A stretch of DNA of 63,228 bases, filler included, from Chiloscyllium plagiosum (lineage: Eukaryota), in assembly GCF_004010195.1 (NCBI RefSeq). It is 4 parts of one record of this genome, joined end to end, with 100 filler letters (N's around TTAATTAATTAA, not from the genome) between each part and the next. Parts side by side here need not be neighbours in the genome. Positions count along the whole stretch, not along the records: positions 60,181 to 63,228 come from NC_057714.1; 3 more parts are not named here. One strand, given 5' to 3'. The notes beneath the pieces were generated by a model. It worked only from the letters and a program-made list of their open reading frames with translations. It did not search any database and was not told where the DNA came from. A program made the translations under genes and the position numbers. Of this stretch, positions 60,587-63,228 are shown one piece after another (positions within the stretch are counted from its first letter, which is position 1; each line of letters begins with the position of its first letter).

Positions 60587-62055
60587 CACTGTTTAAGAAG
60601 GATGGTAAGGAAAAGCCAGGGAACTACAGCCAGTGAGCCTATTGTTCTATGTTCTATGTTCACTGTTTAAGAAGGATGGTAAGGAAAAGCCAGGGAACTA
60701 CAGACCAGTGAGCCTGACCTCGGTGGTGAGCAAGTTGTTGGAGGGAGTCCTGAGGGACAGGATTTACATGTACTTGGAAAGGCAAGGACTGATTAGGGAT
60801 AGTCAGCATGGCTTTGTGCGTGAGAAATCATGTCTCATGAACTTGATTGAGTTTGTTGAAGAAATAACAAAGAGGATTGATGAAGGCAGAACAGTAGACA
60901 TGATCTATATGGACTTCGGTAAGGTGTTCGACAAGATTCCCCATGGGAGACCGGTTATCAAGGTTAGATCTCATGGAATACATGGAGAACTAGCCATTTG
61001 GATACAGAAGTGGCTCAAAGGTAGAAGACAGAGGGTGATGGTGGAGGGTTGTTTTTCAGACTGGAGGCCTGTGCCCAGTGGAGTGCCACAAGGATCAGTG
61101 CTGGGTCCACTGCTTTTCGTCATTTGTATAAATGATTTGGATGTGAACATAAGAGGTATAGTTAGTAAGTTTGCAGATGACACCATCAGAGTATAACGGG
61201 ATCTTAATCAGATGGGCCAATGGGCCGAGGAGTGGCAGGTGGAGTTTAATTCAGATAAATGCGAGGTGCTGCATTTTGGGAAAGCAAATCTTAGCAGGAC
61301 TTATACACTTAATGGCAAGGTCCTAGGGAGTGTTGCTGAACAAAGAGACCTTGGAGTGCAGGTTCATAGTTCCTTGAAAGTGGAGTCACACGTAGATAGG
61401 ATAGTGAAGAAGGTGTTTGTTATGCTTTCCTTTATTGGTCAGAATATTGAGTACAGGAGTTGGGATGTCATGTTGAAGCTGTACAGGACATTGGTTAGGC
61501 CACTGTTGGAATATTGCGTGCAGTTCTGGTCTCCTTCCTATCAGAAAGATGTTATGAAACTTGAAAGTGTTCAGAGAAGATTTGCAAGGATGTTGCTAGG
61601 GTTGGAGGGTTTGAGCTATAGGGAGAGGCTGAACAGGCTGGGGCTGTTTTCCCTAGAGTGTTGCAGGCTGAGGGGTGACCTTATAGAGGTGTATAAAAAC
61701 ATGAGGGGCATAGATAGGATAAATAGACAAAGTCTTTTCCCTGGGGTCGGGGACTCTAGAACTAGAGGGCATAGGTTTAGGGTGAGAGGAGAAAGATATA
61801 AAGGGGACCTAAGGGGTAACCTTTTCACACAGAGAGTAGTGCACGTATGAAATGAGCTGCCAGAGGAAGTGGTCGAGGCTGGTACAATTACAGCATTTAA
61901 AAAGCATATGGATGGGTATATGAATAGGAAGAGTTTAGCAGGATATGGGCCGGGTGTTGGCAAATGAGACTAGATTAGGTTGGGCTATCTGGTCAGCATG
62001 GACAAGTTAGACCAAAGGGTCAGTTTCTGTGCTGAGACCCTATGAGTCTATGACT
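60587..62055 (+). mobile_element. CR1-like LINE RT and 3' end
   Basis: [42 protein letters not shown]. Confidence 0.92.
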
Positions 62056-62364
62056 TTATCTCTTCTATAATGTATGATTCTATGATTCTCACATAAAGAT
62101 TAAACAAGGAGCCAAATGAAGACCTTTGGGCTTTGTTTTCAAATTGCTGTTTAATATTCTCCAAGAAAGGAAGAAAGATAGAAGAGCGAACTATGGGCAA
62201 ATAAGTGAGCCTTACAGTGGAATTATAGAAAATGCTATAAATTATTATTAGAGAGGTAGTAACAGGATGCTTAGAAAATCACTACTAAGATCTACTAAAG
62301 GGAAATGACGTTTGACAAATCTGTAGAGTTTTAAGGGTTGTAACTGGCATGATTTAACATGGAA

Positions 62365-63228
62365 TGTAGAACATAGAACATAGAACAGTACAGTGCAGTA
62401 CAAGCCCTTCGGCCCTCAATGTTGCGCCGACCTGTCATACCAATCTGAAGCCCATCTAACCTACACTATTCCATGTACGTCCATTTGCCTGTCCAATGAC
62501 GACTTAAATGTACTTAAAGTTGGTGAATCTACTACTTTGCAGGAGAAGCATTCCATACCCTTACTACTCTCTGAGTAAAGAAACTACCTCTGACATCTGT
62601 CTGATATCTGTCACCCCTCAATTTAAAGCTATGCCCCCTCGTGTTCACCGTCACCATACTTGGAAAAAGGCTCTCCCTGTCCACCCTATCTAACCCTCTG
62701 ATTATCTTGTATGTCTCTATTAAGTCACCTCTCAACCTTCTTCTCTCTAGCCTCAAGACTCTCAGCCTTTCCTCGTAAGACCTTCCCTCCATACCAGACA
62801 ACATTCAAGTAAATCTCATCTGCACCCTTTCCAAAGCTTCCACATCCTTGTTATAATGCGGTGACCAGAACTGTACGCAATACTCCAAGTGCGGCCGCAC
62901 CAGTGTTTTGTACAGCTGTAGCATAACCTCATGGTTCCGGAACTCAATCCCTCTATTAATAACATCTAAAACACTATGCCTTCTTAACAACTCTGTCAAC
63001 CTGGGTGGCAACTTTCAAGGATCTGTGTACCTGGACACCGAGATCTCTCTGCTCATCTTACCATTAGCCCAGTACTTTGCATTCCGGTTACTCCGACCAA
63101 AGTGAATCACCTCACACTTGTCGGCATTAAACTCCATTTGCCACCTCTCAGCCCAGCTCTGCAGCTTATCTATGTCTCTCTGTAACCTACAACATCCTTC
63201 GTCACTATCCACAACTCCACCGACCTTA
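62365..63228 (-). mobile_element. CR1-like LINE RT and 3' end
   Basis: [25 protein letters not shown] on minus strand; (tagaaca)n tail. Confidence 0.9.

Overview
Eukaryotic vertebrate genomic DNA, very probably a shark (elasmobranch), judged from HE1-type V-SINEs and abundant CR1/HER1-like LINEs. It is mostly repeats. Two protein-coding genes can be reconstructed exon by exon. HIGD1A (+) has a CpG-rich promoter and non-coding exon 1 near 13.8 kb and coding exons 22036-22138, 22546-22680 and 23619-23692 (103 aa). The central part of NKTR (-) has five in-phase exons between 44894 and 30671, one of them 3003 nt; its cyclophilin-domain exons and last exons are not visible. The rest is CR1 fragments (one with a 5' end and esterase-type ORF1), Penelope-like elements (RT/GIY-YIG), an L1 5' end with intact ORF1, an internally deleted Gypsy LTR element, a Rex1/Babar-like LINE and several SINEs. 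Three 100-nt N44-TTAATTAATTAA-N44 linkers are artificial contig joins, so adjacency across them is uncertain. The most striking unexplained structure is a set of short (about 60-230 bp, one over 1 kb), mostly palindromic, non-coding Penelope-derived insertions. They have 10-17 bp target-site duplications, and most carry minimal hammerhead-ribozyme cores, often one per strand. They fall into at least two families with covarying stems. One case includes fold-back capture of flanking DNA, and another gives an empty-site/filled-site pair. Repeat boundaries are approximate, and family names come from recognition rather than database searches.
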